From a virus (lineage: Duplodnaviria > Caudoviricetes): 45,715 bases of DNA. The stretch covers positions 1 to 45,715 of the IMG/VR virus record IMGVR_UViG_3300036987_000023, one strand, 5' to 3'. Position numbers and translations under genes: made by a program. The notes under the pieces are model-generated. The model saw only the letters and a list, made by a program, of their open reading frames with translations. It did not search any database and was not told the origin of the DNA. Positions 7,942 to 15,078 of this stretch are shown here, in pieces; within the stretch, counting starts at the first letter, position 1; the number at the start of each line of letters is the position of its first letter.

Positions 7942-8002
7942 TGCTAACAAATCGCTGCACCCGATCGTCGCTGCGCTCCTCCGCGTGAGCTTTTCGTTAC
8001 TT
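7942..8002 (+). repeat. attC-like site 6
   Basis: TGCTAAC-aaatc-GCTGCACC...CGTGAGC-ttttc-GTTACTT. Confidence 0.88.
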
Positions 8003-8584
8003 AATCCGACTGAATTCAATCACCCACACAAACGGGTTTGACCCCCACGGATATTTCTTGCCGTTGATTGACTCCCACAAATTAGAAAACGCTGCTTTGG
8101 CTGGTGTACCGCCCCATTTGTCAATGTATGGGCGTTTTTTATCAACTAATTCGTGGACGCCTTCCTTCCAGGCGTCATCTTCCGTTATCTCCTGCAACCT
8201 CTCAACTCTGACGCCTGTGACTTCCAGCGTTATCCTTGAGAAACGGCGAAACATGTGGATTGATGGATGCCATCGAGCGCCGGTGTGCTTCGGCAGGGGC
8301 GTACCGGATGCTTTATATATGATTGTTCCGTAATCTTCGCCACCAGCCCACGTCTCCCGCACCCATAGGTGATCGCCGGGTGTTCCGTAAGGACAATGTT
8401 TGACCATTTCCTTAGATAAATATGGCCGCAATCCTGCAATATGTTTCCATACCCATGTTTTGGCATCGCCGTGCGGATCAAACAAATATGGCTGGATTTT
8501 CACAATCCTCCGCGTCATCGTCTTGCGTCCGGCCAGTATCGCCTGAACCATCGGCGTGCTGAATAATATCGGTTTCTCGTTCAT
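7997..8584 (-). CDS. Conserved phage protein, ASCH/PUA-like
   Basis: MNEKPILFSTPMVQAILAGRKTMTRR...GDHLWVRETW...PSIHM...NPFVWVIEF family signature. Confidence 0.85.
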   Translation of the reverse strand: MNEKPILFSTPMVQAILAGRKTMTRRIVKIQPYLFDPHGDAKTWVWKHIAGLRPYLSKEMVKHCPYGTPGDHLWVRETWAGGEDYGTIIYKASGTPLPKHTGARWHPSIHMFRRFSRITLEVTGVRVERLQEITEDDAWKEGVHELVDKKRPYIDKWGGTPAKAAFSNLWESINGKKYPWGSNPFVWVIEFSRIK

Positions 8585-8609
8585 GTCTTCCTCTCCCAGC
8601 TTTCGCCCT

Positions 8610-8753
8610 TTACTGTGCAGTGTTCTTTGTGGGTTTACATTTCGCGTGTTCCTTTTCAAACTGCGCTTTCCGCTTCTCCATGTAGTCTTTCAGGTCGGTT
8701 TCGATCCTCAGACTCTTGCCGCACTTCGGGCAGGTTACGGTTTCAATTATCAT
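8610..8753 (-). CDS. 47-aa zinc-ribbon-like protein (not in the ORF track)
   Basis: MIIETVTCPKCGKSLRIET...; fills the gap between two genes. Confidence 0.6.
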   Translation of the reverse strand: MIIETVTCPKCGKSLRIETDLKDYMEKRKAQFEKEHAKCKPTKNTAQ

Positions 8754-8755
8754 GG

Positions 8756-9433
8756 CTAAACCCGCTTAGAGTATGCGCGGACGCCGGGGATATTCAGCGT
8801 TCCTTTCAGGGCTACGGCCATGCGGTTCAGGGCAACCATGTTGCCGGTGACGCACTCGGTTGACGCTTTCCCGGTAGCTACGGCCATGCACAAGGCTTTA
8901 ATATCCGTCACTTCGGCGGCCCACACTTCGCGGTAAACCGGCCCACCTGCCATCTTCGGGACGGCTTTCGGCACGACGATAGGAGCGACATAGACAGGCG
9001 CTTCAATAATAGCTTCGGCCATTTCTGTGTCGCCCGATTGCTCTGCGTTAACTGCTGCCGCTAACTGGCGTTCTTTTTCTTCTTCTTCGGCAATCTTCCT
9101 GAGCCGGTCTTCCTCGGCTTTTCTGATAGCTTCCTGGGCGGCCTGCCAATCAGACATAAGCTGCTTGACCTTCCGCGCGGCGGCGTCGAGAGGACTATAA
9201 TATTTCGCCTTATCAGCGAGTGCATCCTTATGCCCTTCGTGCCAACGCTTGATATTTTTATCAAAGGCGGCGTCAACTTCTGCCTTCATCGCCTGTATTG
9301 ATTTCCAGATGAATCCGGCCTTAGTGTATGTGTCGGCATCAACGACCATGACGGCGTTTGCCTGATCAACAATACTCAAAGATCGGGCCGCCACTTCATC
9401 GGTTTCTACCAACTGCAACGCTACTTCATTCAT
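8756..9433 (-). CDS. Coiled-coil protein of the recombination module (Gam/Gp157-like ending)
   Basis: Long charged helix and C-terminal IPGVRAY; lies next to the exonuclease. Confidence 0.6.
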   Translation of the reverse strand: MNEVALQLVETDEVAARSLSIVDQANAVMVVDADTYTKAGFIWKSIQAMKAEVDAAFDKNIKRWHEGHKDALADKAKYYSPLDAAARKVKQLMSDWQAAQEAIRKAEEDRLRKIAEEEEKERQLAAAVNAEQSGDTEMAEAIIEAPVYVAPIVVPKAVPKMAGGPVYREVWAAEVTDIKALCMAVATGKASTECVTGNMVALNRMAVALKGTLNIPGVRAYSKRV

Positions 9434-9438
9434 GATAT

Positions 9439-10008
9439 TTATCTCCTTTTAAGATTATTGTTCTTCCAGTGGTGAACCGCTACGGCGGCCAACCACACGT
9501 TAAAGTCATTCTGATCCTGAAACGGGACCAGCTTATATTTTCCATCGGCGCTCAGTTCGAGCGCATACCGCCGGCAGACTGTCGGCTTTGGGAAACATCC
9601 GATAATGTCCGGCGTTCCGGCGTAATGGTGCGTGGTGTTAACGCCGGGGGTTTCGGAGCGTTCAACCTTAAAGCCGCTTTCGGTCATGAATTTTCTGAAC
9701 GCTGACAGATAGGGCCTGATTTCATCGTCAAGGCTGTCTTCGTCAAGTTCCCCGGCGAGATCGTACTTGATGGCCGTGTGAACGTGGCTACCCTTATCCC
9801 TTGCCCATTCTGTGAACCACGTTGAATCCACGAAATTTTCTTCCTGTAAAATCTGCGTGACTGATTTTAGGTCTTTGCCCTGCCATGTATAAACGTGACG
9901 TTCAGCATCAAACGTAACATTAAAATCGTTTAACAGGGAATAAGCTGCGGTCTGTAGAGCCGCCGCCGGGGTTGCTTTCCCCGTTTTAAAATCAATCACT
10001 GCGGTCAT
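9439..10008 (-). CDS. PD-(D/E)XK exonuclease-like protein with permuted motif order
   Basis: VIDFKTG...LQTAAY, HVYT...SVTQIL, GSHVH, YAGTPD, RRYALEL..GKYKL. Confidence 0.8.
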   Translation of the reverse strand: MTAVIDFKTGKATPAAALQTAAYSLLNDFNVTFDAERHVYTWQGKDLKSVTQILQEENFVDSTWFTEWARDKGSHVHTAIKYDLAGELDEDSLDDEIRPYLSAFRKFMTESGFKVERSETPGVNTTHHYAGTPDIIGCFPKPTVCRRYALELSADGKYKLVPFQDQNDFNVWLAAVAVHHWKNNNLKRR

Positions 10009-10009
10009 T

Positions 10010-10894
10010 TCAGCCTTCTTCTCCGGGGGTTCGTTCTGCAATAACCACAATTGTCTTCAGGTCGTTGCCATACTGGTTTTTCTCGAACGTAATGTCGGCG
10101 GGTTTGCCGATGGATGCTGTGGCAAGTTCGGCCAGCTTCTTATCAAACGTCTTATAGTCGCCGCCTTCTTCGGCATGGATATGGTAAAGGGGGCTTTTCA
10201 TTGCGGCGCCGGCCTGTGTCTTTGTTTGTTCAACCACTCCCTTGATCGTGATGGCTGCGGTGCTTGAGCCAGTAGTGGCCGTGTCAGATTTTTTCTGCGG
10301 TTCCTTAACCGGCGCTTTATCGTTCTTCTTGTACTCAACCTTACCGCATTGGTCTTGTGTTATCCCTGCGTATTCGGAAAGGTCAGCCCATGCAAGGTTG
10401 CGGATTCCCAAAAGGCGGGTGATACCGTTTCCGAGAAGGTTGGTCAAGGCGGCCATTTTCACGTCGCGCTTGTTGTCACGGTCACCTACTGCTTTCGCCG
10501 TTTTCACGTCATTGACATACTCATTCTGATTAAAAAACTTATCCTTTGATGACCGGCTCCCCTCGACTTCGATTGAACGACCGCCCATAGAAAACCGACC
10601 CTGATAAGTAAATGTATAATGCCCGTCTGCGGTTTCTTCATAGATCGGCTCCGGGGTGAGGAAAGACCACGACACATTGAAAAGGTTTGCTATCTTTTCT
10701 GCTCCCGATACCATGAGGTAAGGCTTTCCGCCTTGATCCGTCCAGTCCCCACCGTTCGTTACTTTCAAGGCAAGCTGTTTGATCTTCACTACTGCGTCAA
10801 TCCTCGCCTCTGCCTGCCTTGCTATGGCGATTAGGGTGTCATCTGCCAGGGCGTTTTGATCCCTTGTTGAAACTTCATAAACTTGATTTTCCAT
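10010..10894 (-). CDS. Putative single-strand annealing/recombination protein
   Basis: KPYLMVSGAEKIANLF motif, position beside the exonuclease, possible C-terminal OB-like domain. Function is inferred. Confidence 0.55.
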   Translation of the reverse strand: MENQVYEVSTRDQNALADDTLIAIARQAEARIDAVVKIKQLALKVTNGGDWTDQGGKPYLMVSGAEKIANLFNVSWSFLTPEPIYEETADGHYTFTYQGRFSMGGRSIEVEGSRSSKDKFFNQNEYVNDVKTAKAVGDRDNKRDVKMAALTNLLGNGITRLLGIRNLAWADLSEYAGITQDQCGKVEYKKNDKAPVKEPQKKSDTATTGSSTAAITIKGVVEQTKTQAGAAMKSPLYHIHAEEGGDYKTFDKKLAELATASIGKPADITFEKNQYGNDLKTIVVIAERTPGEEG

Positions 10895-10916
10895 TTTCCC
10901 TCCTGTTGTCCCTCGC

Positions 10917-11087
10917 TTATTTGGCGGCGGGGGTGTTAATTAAGTTTTCATTATAATCTTCGTATTCAGAAACACGCACATCACTATGGCACTCATCGCA
11001 AATAATAATCGTGCCATTTAATGTTGTTTTGACCTTCCATATTCTTCCGACATTAATGTTCGCGGTACATAATTCACAGCAAACCAT
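10917..11087 (-). CDS. 56-aa zinc-finger-like protein (not in the ORF track)
   Basis: MVCCELC...ICDECH; AAAGGA RBS. Confidence 0.6.
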   Translation of the reverse strand: MVCCELCTANINVGRIWKVKTTLNGTIIICDECHSDVRVSEYEDYNENLINTPAAK

Positions 11088-11124
11088 TTTTTTTCCTTTC
11101 CAATCGGCGGGTAGGTAGCTTTGC

Positions 11125-11265
11125 CTATCCCATCACCGGGCATTCCCAGCACTTCTTGTTTTTACATTCCCGGCAGTATTCATCGGGGTATTCTTCCGGC
11201 TTAGGCTCAAGTTTCGCTTCGTATTCCCGTAACTTCATAGCTTCCCAGTTTTCCTGGTCTGACAT
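11125..11265 (-). CDS. Small hypothetical protein
   Basis: MSDQENWE...CRECKNKKCWEC; AAGGA RBS. Confidence 0.55.
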   Translation of the reverse strand: MSDQENWEAMKLREYEAKLEPKPEEYPDEYCRECKNKKCWECPVMG

Positions 11266-11403
11266 TTTAAACACGTCCTTTTTTAATCCCGGCACCGGCA
11301 CCGGCTCCTGACTCCTGTTCGCGTCGGCTTTGCCTGACACGCGGTAACGACGCTTAGATTACCGGCTCCCATGCCCAGGTATTTCTACCGCCGGGATTGA
11401 TGT

Positions 11404-11691
11404 TTAACATGCTCCCGTAGCGGCCTGAATTTCTTCACGCATCATTTCGCGCAGCATGTCTTCAAGCGTGATCGGTGTCACTTCGACTGTCAATGATTTC
11501 GGTTTTGCAATAAGTCCCGCCGCTATTCGGCATTTCTCGCACCATTCCTTGGTAACCTCTACTTTTATGCCGTTTCCCCAAGAATACCGGCGTTCATAAT
11601 TCCCGACAAAAATTCCAACGCGATCAAGTTTAATTTCGTTTGTCGTGTCTTCCACTCCGCACTTATCGCACTTATAAATTGTGGTTTGCAT
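11404..11691 (-). CDS. Zinc-finger hypothetical protein
   Basis: MQTTIYKCDKCG...WCEKC; GGAGAGG RBS. Confidence 0.7.
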   Translation of the reverse strand: MQTTIYKCDKCGVEDTTNEIKLDRVGIFVGNYERRYSWGNGIKVEVTKEWCEKCRIAAGLIAKPKSLTVEVTPITLEDMLREMMREEIQAATGAC

Positions 11692-11802
11692 CGCCTCTCC
11701 CTTCAATTTATGGGAAGCCAGCACTTCCCGTTTTTCATACAACACTGGGCTTTCTCCTAATCTTTGGTTTACGTTCCCGCCTCCCCGCTGGTAGAAGACG
11801 GC

Positions 11803-12411
11803 CTATGCCGCTATCTCCTGCTGCTTCTTCGACCAATACTTTTCCCTTAGTCTTTTTAATATTTGATCCCTATTTAAGGCGTATCGTGCTCTACGAACTG
11901 ACTTCCCTTTTTCACTTCGAGAATATTTGTTATTATTTTCGTTTTTTCTTTCTCTGTGGCCTCTGTTCCATTCTAGGGCATCGATTCTGTAGCATATTGG
12001 ACAATGACGCTTTGCGCTGTTGTTGTCTCGCCTATGCTCCTGAATAGGTTGCAATACATGCCCACGTTTACAAAATAATTTCCTAGCGTTCTGTGCCGGA
12101 GAACTTTCCCCACGTAATGCGTTTTCTGCTCGAGTGACAACTTCCATATGTGTTGGGTTGATACATTTTCTGTTTTTGCAAAGGTGATCGATTGTCAAAT
12201 TTTCAGGTATTACTCCGATAAAAACAGCAAATGATAATCTGTGTCCATAATACTGGTGATCCATAACGCTTATTACTGAATAGCATTTGTCTGTAATGTG
12301 CCCTTGCCAATTCCAACACTGACTGTCATCAATAAAAATTCTTTTTGATATTACATCAAAAGCATACGTTTTTACGTATTCCGGCAATGGTTCGCTAAGG
12401 TTATATTTCAC
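11803..12411 (-). CDS. HNH endonuclease (free-standing homing type)
   Basis: CWNWQG...HRLSF...IDHLCKNRKCINPTHMEVVTRAEN...CKRGH. Confidence 0.9.
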   Translation of the reverse strand: MKYNLSEPLPEYVKTYAFDVISKRIFIDDSQCWNWQGHITDKCYSVISVMDHQYYGHRLSFAVFIGVIPENLTIDHLCKNRKCINPTHMEVVTRAENALRGESSPAQNARKLFCKRGHVLQPIQEHRRDNNSAKRHCPICYRIDALEWNRGHRERKNENNNKYSRSEKGKSVRRARYALNRDQILKRLREKYWSKKQQEIAA

Positions 12412-12604
12412 TGTGTAATTTCCTTTTGGTAGGGTCCCTATGCAAATGATGTTTCGGATGCGTCAACCTAATCAGCGTGTAAAGAGCCGCGTCCCTCTCG
12501 TTGCTGGGCAATCCCGCAATCAGGCCGTGCATTTCAAGGGCGTAGTCGCGCGGGGTCTTCTTGATTTCCTCTCTCTTCTCTGTCTTCCAGAACCTGAAAC
12601 GCAT
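12401..12604 (-). CDS. Small hypothetical protein
   Basis: 67-aa basic ORF in operon orientation. Confidence 0.6.
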   Translation of the reverse strand: MRFRFWKTEKREEIKKTPRDYALEMHGLIAGLPSNERDAALYTLIRLTHPKHHLHRDPTKRKLHSEI

Positions 12605-12614
12605 CCGCTACATC

Positions 12615-12854
12615 CTATCGTTTGACAATATAGATTTTCCCAGTTTTAAATTCTTCACATCTCCACCCGCCATCGATCGGCGTGACATGGCAATCGTCCG
12701 CGTTCCGCGCCGCCAGCTGGACGGTCAAATACTGCTCGTCGCTGAGTCCCGTCAGTTCGGCCTTAAGCTTTTGGTGCTGGCAGTTGTGAAGGAATACGGC
12801 CACGACGACCACGATCACGAAAAGCCAGGTTAAAATGTTGATCAGTCTGGACAT
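12615..12854 (-). CDS. Small membrane-anchored protein
   Basis: MSRLINILTWLFVIVVVVAVFL; GAGG RBS. Confidence 0.65.
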   Translation of the reverse strand: MSRLINILTWLFVIVVVVAVFLHNCQHQKLKAELTGLSDEQYLTVQLAARNADDCHVTPIDGGWRCEEFKTGKIYIVKR

Positions 12855-13215
12855 GCTGCCCTCGCTATGCCGCCGCTTTTGCCTGCCGACGCTGTAGTTT
12901 GATGTGGTTCCGATACTGCTTTCCGGTAAATCCCATTTCGCGCATAACCCTGTTCTTTTCTTGCCGCAGTTTATTTGTGTGTTGACCAATGAAACCCATC
13001 GGTTTGCGATGCTCCATGCGATCTTTCAACATCTAGACACGCTTCTAAAACAATTCTTAAAACAATAAAAATAACCTATTTCCGCGCTTTAACGTCGCCA
13101 TTTCATTCATGCACCATCCCCTTTCATCCTGTATTTGTGTGTGCCTTGCGCCCGGGCTTTTTACCTACTGTTTGCACCTGGCGTCGTTGGTGCAACGCCT
13201 CATTGTGACCGATAC

Positions 13216-13692
13216 TTAACGAGTAGCCGCTATGGCTGTCATGTCCGCTGGACGCTCAAGTATATTTGGTCTGAGGGCTTCGGGATTGCTGCTATCATTG
13301 GCGGACTGTGCCGCTAATAAACGAAGTCGTGCGTGCTCTTTTTTGTGACAAGACGGACAAAAATCATAAACTTCATAGGGTTTTGAATAGTCTGGATGAT
13401 GCAAGTTTCTTGTCTTTGATTCACAATCACATTTATATAAAATTATAATACGGGCAGGATTTCGGCGTCTCGCATCACTGATTAGGGTTTGAGCTTTATA
13501 TTTTTCAGGGTTATTTGATCTCCAAATATCACGATACTTTTTAATATCCCTGAGGTTTCTATTGGTATCCCAGTTACGAGTTTCGATATTATAGCATTCC
13601 TTACAGCGTTGATGTAATCCGTCCTTCGAACTGGATCTCTTGTTGAACGATGAAGTTGGTTTTTCTATTTTACATCGACTACACGTTTTCAT
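13216..13692 (-). CDS. Zinc-finger/HNH-like endonuclease
   Basis: KTCSRC...CKEC N-terminus and HHPDYSKP...CPSCHKKEH. Confidence 0.75.
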   Translation of the reverse strand: MKTCSRCKIEKPTSSFNKRSSSKDGLHQRCKECYNIETRNWDTNRNLRDIKKYRDIWRSNNPEKYKAQTLISDARRRNPARIIILYKCDCESKTRNLHHPDYSKPYEVYDFCPSCHKKEHARLRLLAAQSANDSSNPEALRPNILERPADMTAIAATR

Positions 13693-13736
13693 GTCCTATC
13701 CTCGCTTCGGGTGGCGTTTTCCGCCTGTTTGAAAGA

Positions 13737-13766
13737 AGTATAATCCACTATGGACATGTTTGTCAA
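13737..13766 (-). promoter_or_regulatory. Leftward sigma70-type promoter
   Basis: TTGACA (13766..13761), 18-bp spacer, TATACT (13742..13737). Confidence 0.75.
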
Positions 13767-13825
13767 TCTTTATTTTCCGTCTATGGACATTTTCTTTAAA
13801 ATATTTTCATTGACACTGTGGACAC
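13744..13825. promoter_or_regulatory. Three operator-like CT(A/G)TGGACA(T/C) repeats
   Basis: Copies at 13748..13757, 13781..13790 and 13816..13825; two lie inside promoter spacers. Confidence 0.7.
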
Positions 13826-13838
13826 GATAAATTATAAT
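13810..13838 (+). promoter_or_regulatory. Rightward sigma70 consensus promoter
   Basis: TTGACA (13810..13815), 17-bp spacer, TATAAT (13833..13838). Confidence 0.88.
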
Positions 13839-13857
13839 AGAAACCGATGGAGGGAAA

Positions 13858-14223
13858 ATGGCGTCTGCAAAAAAGATGGTAACATTTAATAACTATATGG
13901 ATTTCATCCTCAGCGAAGCGGAAAATCGTGGATGGGGAAAAACTATCATTATGCACAATTGTTCTATCCCGCGGCAGAGGTGGTCGGAATTTGAAAAGGG
14001 CCGTGCTTTGACAGGGCGCTATTTTTTGAAATTTATGGAGGGGCTGAATTTGGCAATCAAAGACATCGAAAAAAAGTCAGGACACAAAATGACGGCTGAG
14101 CAGAAGCGCGAAATCCAGGTTGAAAGCTGGCAGGCCGCGCACCGCAATATAATTGAGGCCATGATTGATAATCCCGGCCTTTTAAACATATTGGAAGCAG
14201 CGATTAAATCAACAAAAAAATAG
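13858..14223 (+). CDS. XRE/Cro-like HTH transcriptional regulator
   Basis: SIPRQRWSEFEKGR helix-turn-helix-like segment; sits at the divergent switch, flanked by operator-like sites. Confidence 0.7.
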   Translation: MASAKKMVTFNNYMDFILSEAENRGWGKTIIMHNCSIPRQRWSEFEKGRALTGRYFLKFMEGLNLAIKDIEKKSGHKMTAEQKREIQVESWQAAHRNIIEAMIDNPGLLNILEAAIKSTKK

Positions 14224-14245
14224 GTATTGTTTTTTTATATGTCCA

Positions 14246-14305
14246 ATGTCCACATAAGGACATTTAATGCAATTATTTTTATACAGAATGACCATATAAG
14301 GACAC
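14246..14305. promoter_or_regulatory. Two palindromic operator-like sites
   Basis: ATGTCC-acataa-GGACAT (14246..14263) and ATGACC-atataa-GGACAC (14288..14305). Confidence 0.7.
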
Positions 14306-14312
14306 GTACGCC

Positions 14313-14651
14313 ATGCCAACCGACAAGCACGTTCTTGAACTTTTAAGGGCTCGCGTCTGCGAAAATGCAAACGGGACTTGCGAGTTTCCCAGCTGCACGA
14401 TGACTGTTGCAGATCCGCACCACATATTTACCCGAAAAAACAAATCAACTCGATATGACCCGAATAACTGCGTGTGGCTTTGTAATTGCTGCCACCGGTA
14501 TGCGGAACAACATCCTGAAGACTTTCAGGTGATGATGATTAACCTCCGCGGGATTGCGTGGTTCACAGACCTGGTTGTTCGGAAAAATCAGGTCGTGAAG
14601 TTCAACGATTCTTACCGGGCAGAGTGGAAGCAAAGGCTGATGGGGGAATGA
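14313..14651 (+). CDS. NinG/Rap-like HNH nuclease
   Basis: CEFPSC...PHHIFTRKNKSTRYDPNNCVWLCNCCH. Confidence 0.75.
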   Translation: MPTDKHVLELLRARVCENANGTCEFPSCTMTVADPHHIFTRKNKSTRYDPNNCVWLCNCCHRYAEQHPEDFQVMMINLRGIAWFTDLVVRKNQVVKFNDSYRAEWKQRLMGE

Positions 14652-14652
14652 A

Positions 14653-14844
14653 ATGACAGACATTCTTGAAAAGCCATCGATTGAGGTTTGGGCGCACCCG
14701 AAAGAGGAAAAGACGCTGCGGCGTTCCAGAGGGAAATGTTTAGGGGAAGAAAGCGAGTGCCCGGGTTATGACACCGAGCTCAATAGTGTCCTTTGCCTTT
14801 GGCTTGACAGATGGGACTTAACAACCTGCCACAAGGGGGAATGA
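14653..14844 (+). CDS. Small hypothetical protein
   Basis: Tightly packed in the operon. Confidence 0.55.
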   Translation: MTDILEKPSIEVWAHPKEEKTLRRSRGKCLGEESECPGYDTELNSVLCLWLDRWDLTTCHKGE

Positions 14845-15078
14845 ATGAACGCAGGGAAATTCTGGACAGATAAGGAAGTTGAAGTGCTGAAGCAAATGGC
14901 CGATTTGGGCTACTCGGCGGATGACATCAAAAAGGTTTTAAAGTCGCGCACCAGAGATGGGATCAGCAATAAGGCATCGGCGATAGGGATTAGCCTTTCT
15001 GGAAAGCAGCCGGAAATCGACTTTGAAGCATTCCAGCGGTTCATTAAAGGGGGAAAACGTGGAAGCATCGGGATGTAG
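14845..15078 (+). CDS. Small HTH/Myb-like DNA-binding protein
   Basis: WTDKEVEVLKQM...IKKVL.SRTRDGISNKA. Confidence 0.6.
   Translation: MNAGKFWTDKEVEVLKQMADLGYSADDIKKVLKSRTRDGISNKASAIGISLSGKQPEIDFEAFQRFIKGGKRGSIGM

Larger units (their letters stand above)
5862..8002 (+). mobile_element. Integron-type gene cassette array without integrase (CALIN-like), all genes inverted
   Basis: Six attC-like sites 300-640 bp apart, separated by one short ORF each (two in one case). Confidence 0.88.

Noticed and set aside
5862-8002. CRISPR array
   Set aside because: The repeats are not uniform, the intervening DNA is 250-570 bp and protein-coding, and there is no cas operon. attC anatomy explains it better.
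9439-10008. CRISPR-associated Cas4
   Set aside because: No four-cysteine Fe-S set and no cas context; it sits in a phage recombination module.
12990-13215. tRNA or defined ncRNA in the long intergenic region
   Set aside because: Hairpins exist (ttgcacc...ggtgcaa), but I could not support a cloverleaf, T-loop or any known family.
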